In this document: piece by piece, positions 19,717-28,687 of the stretch | Numbering within the stretch: the stretch's first letter is position 1 | How the letters are laid out: every line of letters begins with the position of its first letter | NCBI GenBank assembly: GCA_964624645.1 | Contig: CAZVAD010000001.1 | Span: forward strand, 11,394-75,393 | Source of the DNA: an uncultured Mariniphaga sp. | Lineage (GTDB): Bacteria; Bacteroidota; Bacteroidia; Bacteroidales; Prolixibacteraceae | DNA length: 64,000 nucleotides | Reading direction: 5' to 3' | Notes under the pieces: generated by a model | Databases searched by the model: none | Seen by the model: only the letters and a program-made list of their open reading frames with translations | Told to the model about the DNA's origin: nothing | Translations under genes and position numbers: made by a program

Positions 19717-19744
19717 ATATTTAAATTTTTTACGATTTATAAAA

Positions 19745-20188
19745 ATGACCATTGAAGAAGTTCAGCAGGAGATAATTGATGAGTTTTCTGTTTATGATGA
19801 CTGGCTGGATAAATACGCCTGCCTGATAGAGCTTGGAAACGAGCTGAAATCTCTTGATCCAAAAGACAAAACCGATCAGAATCTGATTAAAGGGTGTCAG
19901 TCGCGGGTGTGGCTGGTTGCCGAAAGAGAGAACGGACAGATTCATTTCAGGGGAGAGAGCGATGCAGTGATTGTAAAAGGGCTGGTTGCCTTGCTGCTTC
20001 GGGTGGTCTCCGGCAGGACTCCCCGTGAAATCATTGAGAGCGACCTGCACTTTATTGATGCGTTGGGCCTGAAGGAACACCTGTCGCCAACACGTGCCAA
20101 CGGGCTGCTTTCCATGGTGAAACAAATCAGACTTTATGCTGTTGCTTTTGACAGGCTGGATAAACAAGGAGGACAAAAAAATGAATAA
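19745..20188 (+). CDS. sufE: cysteine desulfuration protein SufE
   Basis: SufE active-site context IKGCQSRVWL. Length is 147 aa. Confidence 0.9.
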   Translation: MTIEEVQQEIIDEFSVYDDWLDKYACLIELGNELKSLDPKDKTDQNLIKGCQSRVWLVAERENGQIHFRGESDAVIVKGLVALLLRVVSGRTPREIIESDLHFIDALGLKEHLSPTRANGLLSMVKQIRLYAVAFDRLDKQGGQKNE

Positions 20189-20486
20189 GAAAATTGACGA
20201 AATAATAGAAAACCTGAAACAGGTTTACGACCCTGAAATTCCGGTTAACGTGTATGATCTGGGATTGATTTACAACGTGGATGTGGATGAAAACAACAAT
20301 GCCAATATTGTGATGACACTGACAGCCCCGGGCTGCCCTGTGGTTGACATCATTGTGGATGACGTAACCCAGGCGGCACGCATGGTGGAAGGAATTGAGG
20401 AGGTGAATGTTGATCTCACTTTTGACCCGCCCTGGGACAAAACGATGATGAGCGAGGAAGCCCGGCTGGAGCTTGGGTTCTTTTAA
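20181..20486 (+). CDS. DUF59/MIP18-family Fe-S assembly protein (SufT-like)
   Basis: Motifs VYDPEIPVNVYDLGLIY and LTAPGCP. The ATG at 20181 overlaps the sufE stop by 8 nt. Confidence 0.85.
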   Translation: MNKKIDEIIENLKQVYDPEIPVNVYDLGLIYNVDVDENNNANIVMTLTAPGCPVVDIIVDDVTQAARMVEGIEEVNVDLTFDPPWDKTMMSEEARLELGFF

Positions 20487-20528
20487 CCGCTCAGTTGGAA
20501 CTCCCCCAAAAGATGATAATCCCGAAAG

Positions 20529-21482
20529 ATGCAAAATGGCAATGAAATAGCGAAAGGAATAAAAAGTTTTGCAAAAGAACTTGGGTTTCTGGAGTGTGCC
20601 ATCATTCCGGCAGATTTGCTGAATGAGGAAGAAGAGCGCTTCCAGGCCTGGCTGGATGCAGGAATGCACGGCGAAATGGGGTACATGAACAGAAATGTGG
20701 AAAAACGCCTCGACCCCCGCCAGCTTGTTGAAAATGCCAAAACAGTCATCGTTACCCTTCTGAATTATTATCCCGAAGAAACACAGTCAGACCCGGAAGC
20801 GCCCGTACTTTCAAAATATGCCTACGGCACCGATTATCATTTTGTGATCAAGGATAAACTGAAAAGCCTGCTGGAGTTTATCCGGGAAAATACAGGGCAG
20901 TGCAATGCCCGTTATTTCACCGATTCAGCGCCGGTGCTGGAGCGCGCCTGGGCACGCCGTGCCGGCCTCGGGTGGGTTGGTAAAAACAGTAATCTGATTT
21001 CTGTGGAGCATGGTAGTTTTTTCTTTATCGGAGAACTGATACTTGACATTGCATTGCCATACGATACGCCCCGGATTATTGCCGACCATTGCGGCACCTG
21101 CACCCGCTGCATTGATGCCTGCCCCACGAAAGCCATTGTTGCCGACAAAGTGGTGGATGCCCGTTTGTGTATTTCCTATCAGACCATTGAGCTAAAAGGC
21201 GAAATGGATGAAAACCTGAAGGGGAAGTTTGAAAACCGGGTGTTTGGTTGCGATATCTGTCAGGATGTGTGCCCCTGGAACCTGAAATCCACACCGCATG
21301 ATGAGAAGGCTTTTGATCCTCATCCCAAATTGCTGAATCTTTCCAAAGCCGGTTGGCACGCAATGGAAAAGCCGTTTTTCAATGAGTTGTTCAAAAACTC
21401 GGCAGTGAAGCGGGCTGGGTATAAAGGGATAAAAAGAAATCTGGAGTTTTTGGGAGGTGATAAAAAACTTGAGGTTTTCTGA
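20529..21482 (+). CDS. queG: tRNA epoxyqueuosine(34) reductase
   Basis: Two ferredoxin-type clusters, CGTCTRCIDACPT and CDICQDVCPWN. QueG-like N-terminus and size. Confidence 0.9.
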   Translation: MQNGNEIAKGIKSFAKELGFLECAIIPADLLNEEEERFQAWLDAGMHGEMGYMNRNVEKRLDPRQLVENAKTVIVTLLNYYPEETQSDPEAPVLSKYAYGTDYHFVIKDKLKSLLEFIRENTGQCNARYFTDSAPVLERAWARRAGLGWVGKNSNLISVEHGSFFFIGELILDIALPYDTPRIIADHCGTCTRCIDACPTKAIVADKVVDARLCISYQTIELKGEMDENLKGKFENRVFGCDICQDVCPWNLKSTPHDEKAFDPHPKLLNLSKAGWHAMEKPFFNELFKNSAVKRAGYKGIKRNLEFLGGDKKLEVF

Positions 21483-21533
21483 AATTTTATACCTCATCTG
21501 TTCACAATCAGGAAATAGCAGAAAATACAATGT

Positions 21534-21567
21534 CAACAAAAACAGCCGGAGTGAAACACCCCGGCTG
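21534..21567 (-). terminator. intrinsic terminator after the PFOR gene
   Basis: On the minus strand, CAGCCGGGGT GTTTC ACTCCGGCTG forms a 10-bp stem followed by TTTTTGTTG. Confidence 0.6.
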
Positions 21568-21597
21568 CTGCTTAAAATTTGTTAAAAAGTTGGTTGA

Positions 21598-24500
21598 TTA
21601 TTGTTCCTCAACTATTGAGAAATCCATGGCTGCCAGTCTTTTATAAGAGCTGTGCCTCCATTTTGCATTTTCTTCGGCTGCCCCGAATAATTCATCGGCC
21701 TCTGCCGGGAATGATTTTTTCAATGAGGTGTAGCGTACTTCACCATTCAGGAAATCCTGGAATTTACTCCAGTCAGGTTCTTTTGAATCCAATTGGAATG
21801 GATTTTTACCTTCGTTTTCCAGCAGCGGATTGTAACGGAAAAGTGACCAGTAGCCCGATTCCACAGCTCTTTTTTCCTCTTTCATGGAGCTGCTCATGCC
21901 TGCACGTAGTCCGTGGGCAATACATGGTGAATAGGCAATGATGATGGACGGTCCGGGATAGGCTTCTGCTTCCCTCAGCGCCCTGAGGTACTGCGGCTGG
22001 CTTGCTCCCATGGCTACCTGTGCCACATATACATAACCGTAGGTCATCATCATGGCGCCCAAATCTTTCTTGCGGATTTTTTTGCCCGATGCGGCAAATT
22101 TTGCAACCGCCCCGATTGGCGTTGCCTTGGATGCCTGTCCGCCGGTGTTGGAATAAACTTCGGTATCCATCACCAGTACGTTCACGTCTTCGCCACTGGC
22201 CATGACATGATCCAGGCCGCCATAACCAATATCATAAGCCCAGCCGTCGCCGCCAAAAATCCATACTGATTTTTTGACGAGGTATTGCTTCAGGCTCAAA
22301 ATCTCCTTGGCATAATTGCTTTTGCTGTTGGCAATAACCTCCAGCACTTTTTCAGAAACTTCAGCAGTTGTGCTTCCGTTATTTTTGTTGTCAATCCATG
22401 CCTGGAAAGCTTCTTTTTCGGCTTCGGTTGCCCCATTGCTGAGTGCACGCAGCATGATGTCTTCAATCCGGTTGCGTTGCGCGGTTACGCCTTCGGCAAA
22501 GCCGAAGCCATACTCGGCATTGTCTTCAAAGAGCGAATTTGCCCACGCCGGGCCAAATCCGGAATCCTGGTTTACGCAATAGGGGGTTGAAGGTGCAGAG
22601 CCGCCATAAATTGATGAACAACCCGTTGCATTGGCCACCATCATTCTTTCACCGTAAAGCTGGGTGATGAGTTTGATGTAGGGGGTCTCCCCGCATCCGG
22701 CGCATGCTCCGGAAAATTCAAACAGGGGCTGGGCAAACTGTGAGTTTTTAACTGATTTTGTGCGGTCAACGACTTTTTCTTTCAGCGAAACTTCATTAAC
22801 CATGTAGTCCCAGCGCTTAATTTCGTCCGTTTGTGTGCTCATGTGTTTCATAACCAGCGAGTTTATCTTTGAAGGACACTCTTCAACACAAACTCCGCAA
22901 CCCGTACAGTCAAGTACACTCACCTGAATTCTGTAATTCAGGTTGCTGAACACTTTCGTTGGTATGGCCACACGGGTTTCGGTTCCTTCCGGCGCTTTGT
23001 CGAGCTCTTCGTCAGTCAGCAGGAACGGACGGATTGCTGCATGAGGACAAACATATGCGCACTGGTTGCACTGGATGCAGTGCTCAGCCTGCCATTCAGG
23101 TACGCTGACAGCCACGCCGCGCTTTTCATAGGCAGCGGTGCCAAGCGGGAATGTGCCGTCTTCAATGCCTTTGAATGTGGAGACAGGAAGGTCGTCGCCT
23201 TTCTGATTGTTGATGGTGTCCACCACTTTTACAATGAATTCGGGACGGTCAGAGACTCCGTTGGTCTCTTTCACCTCAATGTTTTTCCACTCCTCCGGAA
23301 TTTCAACTTTATGTACGTTTTTTCCGCCTGCTTCCACAGCGGCAAAGTTCATGTTTACAATCTTCTCGCCTTTTCTGCCGTAGGATTTGACAATCGCTTT
23401 CTGCATTTCATGCACTGCCATGTCGTACGGAATCACTCCGGTGATTTTGAAAAAGGCAGACTGCATGATGGTGTTGGTGCGGGTTCCCAGTCCGATCTCC
23501 TCGCCTAACTTTGTGCCGTTGATAATATAGAACTGGATATCGTTTTCCGCCAGGTATTTCTTCATGTGGTCGGGCAGGCGGTTTTTGGTCTCTTCCGCAT
23601 CCCAGGTAGAGTTCAGCAGGAATGAACCGCCTTTTTTAAGTCCCTTGAGCACGTCATACATGTGAACGTATGCCGGCACGTGACACGCCACAAAGTCGGG
23701 AGTGTTCACAAGATAGGTGGAGCGGATGGGGTGGTCTCCGAACCGCAGGTGTGAACAGGTGAAACCTCCGGATTTTTTGGAGTCATACTGGAAATAACCC
23801 TGGCAATATTTGTCGGTGGAATCCCCGATGATGGTGATGGAGTTCTGGTTGGCTCCAACCGTTCCGTCTGATCCCAGTCCATAAAATTTTGCCTGATAGG
23901 TTCCCTCGGGAGAAATGTCAATCTCCTCTCTCAGCGGGAGAGATTTGAAAGTAACATCATCTACAATTCCAATGGTGAAATCACTTTTCGGTTCGCTTTT
24001 TTCCAGATTTTCATACACTGAAAGAATCTGCGACGGCGTGGTATCTTTTGAGCCTAATCCATAGCGTCCGCCAACAATTACGGGAGCATTCTCCTTTCCG
24101 TAAAAAAGAGCTTTGACGTCTAAGTAGAGAGGTTCGCCGGCTGCTCCGGGCTCTTTGGCGCGGTCAAGCACAGCAATGCGCTTTACGGTTTTTGGGAGCG
24201 CCTGAAAAAGGTATTTTGCAGAAAACGGACGGAAAAGATGCACGGCAAGCATTCCCGCTTTTTTGCCCTGAGACCTGAGGTAATCTATTGTCTCCTTGAT
24301 GGTTTCGGTTACCGAACCCATTGCAATAATAATATGCTCTGCGTCAGGGTCTCCATAATAGCTGAATGGTTGATATTCGCGTCCGGTGATTTTTGAAACC
24401 TCTTTCATATAGTTTGCGACGATATCCGGAACGGCATCATAAAACCGGTTGGCGGATTCTTTCGCCTGAAAGAAAATATCCGGGTTTTGTGCGGTGCCGC

Positions 24501-25152
24501 GCAAAACGGGATTTTCAGGATTCAGCGCACGGTTGCGGAATTCCTGCAATGCTTCCTGGTCAATGAGCGGAACAATGTCTTCCATTTCGATGGCTTCGAT
24601 TTTCTGTATTTCATGGGAAGTACGGAATCCGTCGAAGAAAGCGATAAAAGGAACCCTTGATTTGAGTGTTGCCAGGTGGGCTACTCCGGCCAGGTCCATC
24701 TCTTCCTGAACCGATCCGGCGGCAATCATGGCAAATCCGGTCTGGCGTGCGGCATAGATATCGCTGTGGTCGCCAAAAATGGAGAGCGCATGTGCAGCAA
24801 CTGCCCGGGCGCTGACATGAAATACGGTGGGCAGTAGTTCCCCGGCAATTTTATACATGTTCGGAATCATCAGAAGCAGGCCCTGGGATGCTGTGTAGGT
24901 CGTTGCCAGCGCTCCGGACTGTAGCGCTCCGTGAACAGCGCCGGCAGCGCCGCCCTCGCTTTGCATCTCGGCCAGCCGGACAGGACGGCCAAACATGTTT
25001 TTTCTGCCGTAGGCAGCCCATTCGTCAACATATTCAGCCATGTTGGAAGATGGGGTAATCGGATAGATACAGGCAACTTCGCTAAACATATAGCTGATGT
25101 GGGAAGCTGCGTAATTTCCGTCACAGGTGATAAATTTCTTTTGCTTTGCCAT
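21598..25152 (-). CDS. nifJ: pyruvate:ferredoxin (flavodoxin) oxidoreductase
   Basis: 1184-aa single-chain PFOR. Ferredoxin domain CIQCNQCAYVCPHAAIRP and CTGCGVCVEECP. TPP-binding GGDGWAYDIGYGGLDH. Confidence 0.95.
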   Translation of the reverse strand: MAKQKKFITCDGNYAASHISYMFSEVACIYPITPSSNMAEYVDEWAAYGRKNMFGRPVRLAEMQSEGGAAGAVHGALQSGALATTYTASQGLLLMIPNMYKIAGELLPTVFHVSARAVAAHALSIFGDHSDIYAARQTGFAMIAAGSVQEEMDLAGVAHLATLKSRVPFIAFFDGFRTSHEIQKIEAIEMEDIVPLIDQEALQEFRNRALNPENPVLRGTAQNPDIFFQAKESANRFYDAVPDIVANYMKEVSKITGREYQPFSYYGDPDAEHIIIAMGSVTETIKETIDYLRSQGKKAGMLAVHLFRPFSAKYLFQALPKTVKRIAVLDRAKEPGAAGEPLYLDVKALFYGKENAPVIVGGRYGLGSKDTTPSQILSVYENLEKSEPKSDFTIGIVDDVTFKSLPLREEIDISPEGTYQAKFYGLGSDGTVGANQNSITIIGDSTDKYCQGYFQYDSKKSGGFTCSHLRFGDHPIRSTYLVNTPDFVACHVPAYVHMYDVLKGLKKGGSFLLNSTWDAEETKNRLPDHMKKYLAENDIQFYIINGTKLGEEIGLGTRTNTIMQSAFFKITGVIPYDMAVHEMQKAIVKSYGRKGEKIVNMNFAAVEAGGKNVHKVEIPEEWKNIEVKETNGVSDRPEFIVKVVDTINNQKGDDLPVSTFKGIEDGTFPLGTAAYEKRGVAVSVPEWQAEHCIQCNQCAYVCPHAAIRPFLLTDEELDKAPEGTETRVAIPTKVFSNLNYRIQVSVLDCTGCGVCVEECPSKINSLVMKHMSTQTDEIKRWDYMVNEVSLKEKVVDRTKSVKNSQFAQPLFEFSGACAGCGETPYIKLITQLYGERMMVANATGCSSIYGGSAPSTPYCVNQDSGFGPAWANSLFEDNAEYGFGFAEGVTAQRNRIEDIMLRALSNGATEAEKEAFQAWIDNKNNGSTTAEVSEKVLEVIANSKSNYAKEILSLKQYLVKKSVWIFGGDGWAYDIGYGGLDHVMASGEDVNVLVMDTEVYSNTGGQASKATPIGAVAKFAASGKKIRKKDLGAMMMTYGYVYVAQVAMGASQPQYLRALREAEAYPGPSIIIAYSPCIAHGLRAGMSSSMKEEKRAVESGYWSLFRYNPLLENEGKNPFQLDSKEPDWSKFQDFLNGEVRYTSLKKSFPAEADELFGAAEENAKWRHSSYKRLAAMDFSIVEEQ

Positions 25153-25202
25153 TATTAGTCTCCTTTGTTACAAATTTTAATATTTTAAGTTCAAAAACAT
25201 TC

Positions 25203-26378
25203 TTAATATAAAAAGCCAAACAACCAGAGAGGTATCGTATTCTTGCTGCCGGTTTCCAGCATGTCGGCAGCGGCAAGTTGTCCCTTTTCAGGCTGCAGCT
25301 TATGGCCGCCAACCACAAAATGATGTGAATTGTCCACCAGAAAATCAGCCCGCGCGGAGCTGTTTACAGGATACAGATACCCAACCTGATGATAAAAAAA
25401 TGTGTGTCTTAGATTTATCTTTTCGGCATTGTTGGGGGCAATGGTATAAAGCAGGTTGGTGTTGTGCATATATATTTTATCCGGCTTTTTCATCTCATTC
25501 TCATCATTGTTAGAGTAGAGCAACTGAATAAGCCTGGCATTTTTCAGATATCGTAAATAGTTCATTACGGTTGCCCGGGAGGCTTCGATGTCCGTTGCAA
25601 GTTTGCTTACATTGGGCGACAATGGGGTCTCCAGGGCAATGATGTGTAAAAGCTTTCTGAGTTTTGACAAATATTTCAGTTCAATCTGGTTGATATAGGG
25701 GATGTCTATTTCAAGCGCCAGATTAATGTGCTTCAGCAGTTCGTTGGTGTAAAAATTCAGGTTGTCGATAAAATAGGGGTAAAATCCATTTTTTATATAC
25801 TCTCCGAAATATGCCAGCGGGCGGACTTTGGAAACAATGGTTTGTGAAATGTCCAAATGGTTGCTGATTATATCTTCCAGGGAATAGACCGGAAAATTAT
25901 TACTTGTGGCATGATTCAGATATTCACGGAACGAAAGCCCTTCCAGATGTTTTATTTTGATGATTCCTCTCAGAATCGGATGCTCCTCAACGATACGCAT
26001 AACCGGAGAGGAGGTGAAAATAATTTTCAATCCGGGCAGCCTGTCGTGACATTGCTTGATCTCTCTTGCCCAGTTCGGATATTTCTGAATCTGATCCAAA
26101 AGCAGAACCTTTCCGCCTTTCTTTACAAATTCATCTGCAAATGAGATGATTGTTCTTCGGGTGAAATAGAAGTCATTCAAGTTTACGTAAAGAACCGTGC
26201 TGTCATCCGGGAACTTTTGTTTCAGATAGTCAAGCAGAAAGGTTGTCTTGCCAACTCCGCGAAAACCTTTTATGCAAATCAAACGGTCTGACCAGTCTAT
26301 GGTGTTAAGCAGCTCCCGGCTAAGTGTCAGGTGTGTGCTTTCAAGAAGTGTCTTATGTGCTAAGTGAAAGAATTCCAA
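25203..26378 (-). CDS. AAA+ ATPase (COG1373-like, ATPase domain plus DUF4143-like C-terminal region)
   Basis: Walker A GFRGVGKTT and a Walker-B-like VLLLDQIQKYPNW. The start codon is TTG, and there is no in-frame ATG near the N-terminus. Confidence 0.7.
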   Translation of the reverse strand: MEFFHLAHKTLLESTHLTLSRELLNTIDWSDRLICIKGFRGVGKTTFLLDYLKQKFPDDSTVLYVNLNDFYFTRRTIISFADEFVKKGGKVLLLDQIQKYPNWAREIKQCHDRLPGLKIIFTSSPVMRIVEEHPILRGIIKIKHLEGLSFREYLNHATSNNFPVYSLEDIISNHLDISQTIVSKVRPLAYFGEYIKNGFYPYFIDNLNFYTNELLKHINLALEIDIPYINQIELKYLSKLRKLLHIIALETPLSPNVSKLATDIEASRATVMNYLRYLKNARLIQLLYSNNDENEMKKPDKIYMHNTNLLYTIAPNNAEKINLRHTFFYHQVGYLYPVNSSARADFLVDNSHHFVVGGHKLQPEKGQLAAADMLETGSKNTIPLWLFGFLY

Positions 26379-26394
26379 AATCTATATTTTTTTA

Positions 26395-26402
26395 CAAAAA
26401 TA
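26395..26402 (-). promoter_or_regulatory. -7 box (TATTTTTG) upstream of the AAA+ ATPase gene
   Basis: Exact TAnnTTTG 17 nt upstream of the TTG start. Confidence 0.3.
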
Positions 26403-26470
26403 ACAGAATTTGGCAAATTTTGTAATGTGAAGATGTCAAAAATGAATATTTTATGTAATTTATAATTATT

Positions 26471-26507
26471 AAAAATAAGAAAAGCAGGTGAATTCACCTG
26501 CTTTTTA
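26471..26507 (-). terminator. intrinsic terminator after rho
   Basis: Perfect 8-bp stem AGCAGGTG AATT CACCTGCT flanked by A and T runs. On the minus strand it is followed by TTTTCTTATTTTT. Confidence 0.65.
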
Positions 26508-26530
26508 AATTTCTAATTATTGCGAGCTGA

Positions 26531-28360
26531 CTAACTGTCGTTCATTGATGCCAGAAACTCGGCGATGGAATTGGAGCGCATGAGCCTTGTCTTGATAAAC
26601 TCCATGGCTTCCAGCGAATTCATGTCGCCAAGATAGTGGCGCAATATCCAGAGCCTGTCCAGAATTTCCTTCTGGATGAGCAGGTCTTCGCGGCGCGTGC
26701 TTGAAGCGGGGATATCCACTGATGGGAAAATCCGCTTGTTGGAGAGTTTCCTGTCAAGTTGCAGTTCCATATTTCCGGTTCCTTTGAACTCTTCAAAAAT
26801 GACATCGTCCATTTTTGAACCGGTTTCTGTCAGCGCTGTTGCCAGAATGGTGAGCGAGCCGCCCTCTTCGATATTTCTTGCAGCGCCAAAAAAGCGTTTG
26901 GGTCTGTGCAAGGCATTTGCATCCACCCCTCCTGACAGCACTTTCCCGGATGCCGGTTGAACGGTATTGTATGCCCGTGCAAGGCGGGTAATGGAGTCGA
27001 GCAGAATCACCACATCGTGTCTGCATTCCACAAGCCGCTTGGCTTTTTCGAGCACAATGTTGGCCACTCTCACATGCTTTTCTGCCGGCTCATCAAAGGT
27101 TGATGCTATAACCTCAGCATTCACGCTCCGGGCCATATCGGTAACTTCCTCCGGGCGCTCATCAATCAGCAGGACTATCATATATACCTCCGGATGGTTT
27201 GCTGCAATTGCGTTGGCAATTTCTTTAAGCAACACGGTTTTCCCGGTTTTGGGCTGTGCCACAATGAGTCCGCGCTGTCCTTTTCCGATGGGGGCAAACA
27301 TATCCACCACGCGCGTGGAGATATTATCATGGCCTTTCCCGGTGATTTCAAATTTTTCATCTGGAAACAACGGGGTGAGGTGGTCAAAAGGAACGCGGTC
27401 ACGGACAAACTGAGGGCTTCTGCCGTTTATTTCAGATACTTTTATGAGAGGAAAATATTTTTCACCTTCTTTCGGCGGACGAATAGTTCCGGTAACTGTA
27501 TCCCCGGTTTTCAATCCGAAGAGCTTGATTTGCGATTGCGAAACATAGACGTCGTCCGGTGAATTCAGGTAATTGTAATCTGATGAGCGCAAAAAACCGT
27601 AACCATCCTGCAGTACTTCCAGAACCCCGGTGTTGGTCACTATTCCGTCAAATTCATAAAATCTGCCGTTCCGTTGCTTGTGCTGGGTGTTTTTTTGCTC
27701 CCGCTGATCGGTTCTGTGATGTTTTGGTTTTTCCTGTTCGTGTGCGATTTGTTGAGGTTTTTCTGTGGCCTCCCGCTGCTCAAATTTTTTATGTTCAATT
27801 TTTTTAGCGGCTGTCGCCGGTCTTTCAGGTTGATGGGCTTTGGCTCTGGCAGGAGGCGTTCCGGCATCCTGTGTGTCCGTGCTGTCAGCCTTCGGCTTCA
27901 TTTTTTCTTTTTGTGCTTTGGCTTTTTTGTTGATTCCCTGAATGATGGCGTTGATCTCTTCCTGCCTCGACTGAGCCGGGCTTTCCGCTGATTCAGGAGT
28001 TTCTACTGGAACTTCCACCCGTTCGGGTTTGGCTGCCGGCTCTGTCCGCTCACGGTGCTGCCGGCTCTTGCCTTTTTGGGTGTTCTCATTTTCCTGCGGA
28101 GGCGCCTCTTCTTTGGGAGGGTCTTGCCTTTTTCTGAGAAAATTCTTAAAAGTGGTGCGTTCCTCTTTCTTCTGAGCGTTCTGTTCTTTTGAAGCGCCCC
28201 TTTTTACATTTTTTTCAGCTTCCTGAATGGCTTGAGTATCGAGAATCTTGTATATTAGATCTTGTTTTTTGTAAGATTCAACACGTTTGATGCTTAGCTC
28301 CTTGGCAATATCACGCAACTCAGGAACGAGCTTCTTATTCAATTCTAAAATGTCATACAT
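26531..28360 (-). CDS. rho: transcription termination factor Rho with large N-terminal insertion
   Basis: Cold-shock-like domain [15 protein letters not shown], Walker [16 protein letters not shown] and a conserved C-terminal ATPase. The protein is 609 aa because of a roughly 185-aa low-complexity insert. Confidence 0.95.
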   Translation of the reverse strand: MYDILELNKKLVPELRDIAKELSIKRVESYKKQDLIYKILDTQAIQEAEKNVKRGASKEQNAQKKEERTTFKNFLRKRQDPPKEEAPPQENENTQKGKSRQHRERTEPAAKPERVEVPVETPESAESPAQSRQEEINAIIQGINKKAKAQKEKMKPKADSTDTQDAGTPPARAKAHQPERPATAAKKIEHKKFEQREATEKPQQIAHEQEKPKHHRTDQREQKNTQHKQRNGRFYEFDGIVTNTGVLEVLQDGYGFLRSSDYNYLNSPDDVYVSQSQIKLFGLKTGDTVTGTIRPPKEGEKYFPLIKVSEINGRSPQFVRDRVPFDHLTPLFPDEKFEITGKGHDNISTRVVDMFAPIGKGQRGLIVAQPKTGKTVLLKEIANAIAANHPEVYMIVLLIDERPEEVTDMARSVNAEVIASTFDEPAEKHVRVANIVLEKAKRLVECRHDVVILLDSITRLARAYNTVQPASGKVLSGGVDANALHRPKRFFGAARNIEEGGSLTILATALTETGSKMDDVIFEEFKGTGNMELQLDRKLSNKRIFPSVDIPASSTRREDLLIQKEILDRLWILRHYLGDMNSLEAMEFIKTRLMRSNSIAEFLASMNDS

Positions 28361-28483
28361 TGTCGTAACTAATTAATAATGTTTGAATAACCTGTAACAG
28401 TTATCGGGTTTTGAAATAAAATAATGTGGAGTTGGAATTTTGTTGAAAATCTGCTGCAATAATAGTAAATAGTAATTATATGC

Positions 28484-28491
28484 CAAAATTA
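28484..28491 (-). promoter_or_regulatory. candidate -7 box (TAATTTTG) for rho
   Basis: Exact TAnnTTTG about 125 nt upstream of the rho ATG. A second exact match (TATATTTG) lies at 28649-28656. Confidence 0.35.
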
Positions 28492-28659
28492 ATTTTCCAT
28501 TTTTTAATCATCGTTAATCTTAACCCAACTCTTTTAATATTAAGTAATAAAAAGATTGAAATGGTAACATTTTTGGGGATTTATTGTCTCTCCGGTCTGA
28601 TTATTTGCTGAATGTAATTGTTTTTTAGTGCAGCTTGTTGTTTTTCTCCAAATATAACG

Positions 28660-28687
28660 AAAAAAAATTGATATTGTTTCATATCAA
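28660..28687 (-). terminator. weak AT-rich terminator hairpin at the end of the DUF5916 gene
   Basis: On the minus strand, TTGATAT GAAACA ATATCAA is followed by eight T residues. The hairpin overlaps the stop codon. Confidence 0.35.
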
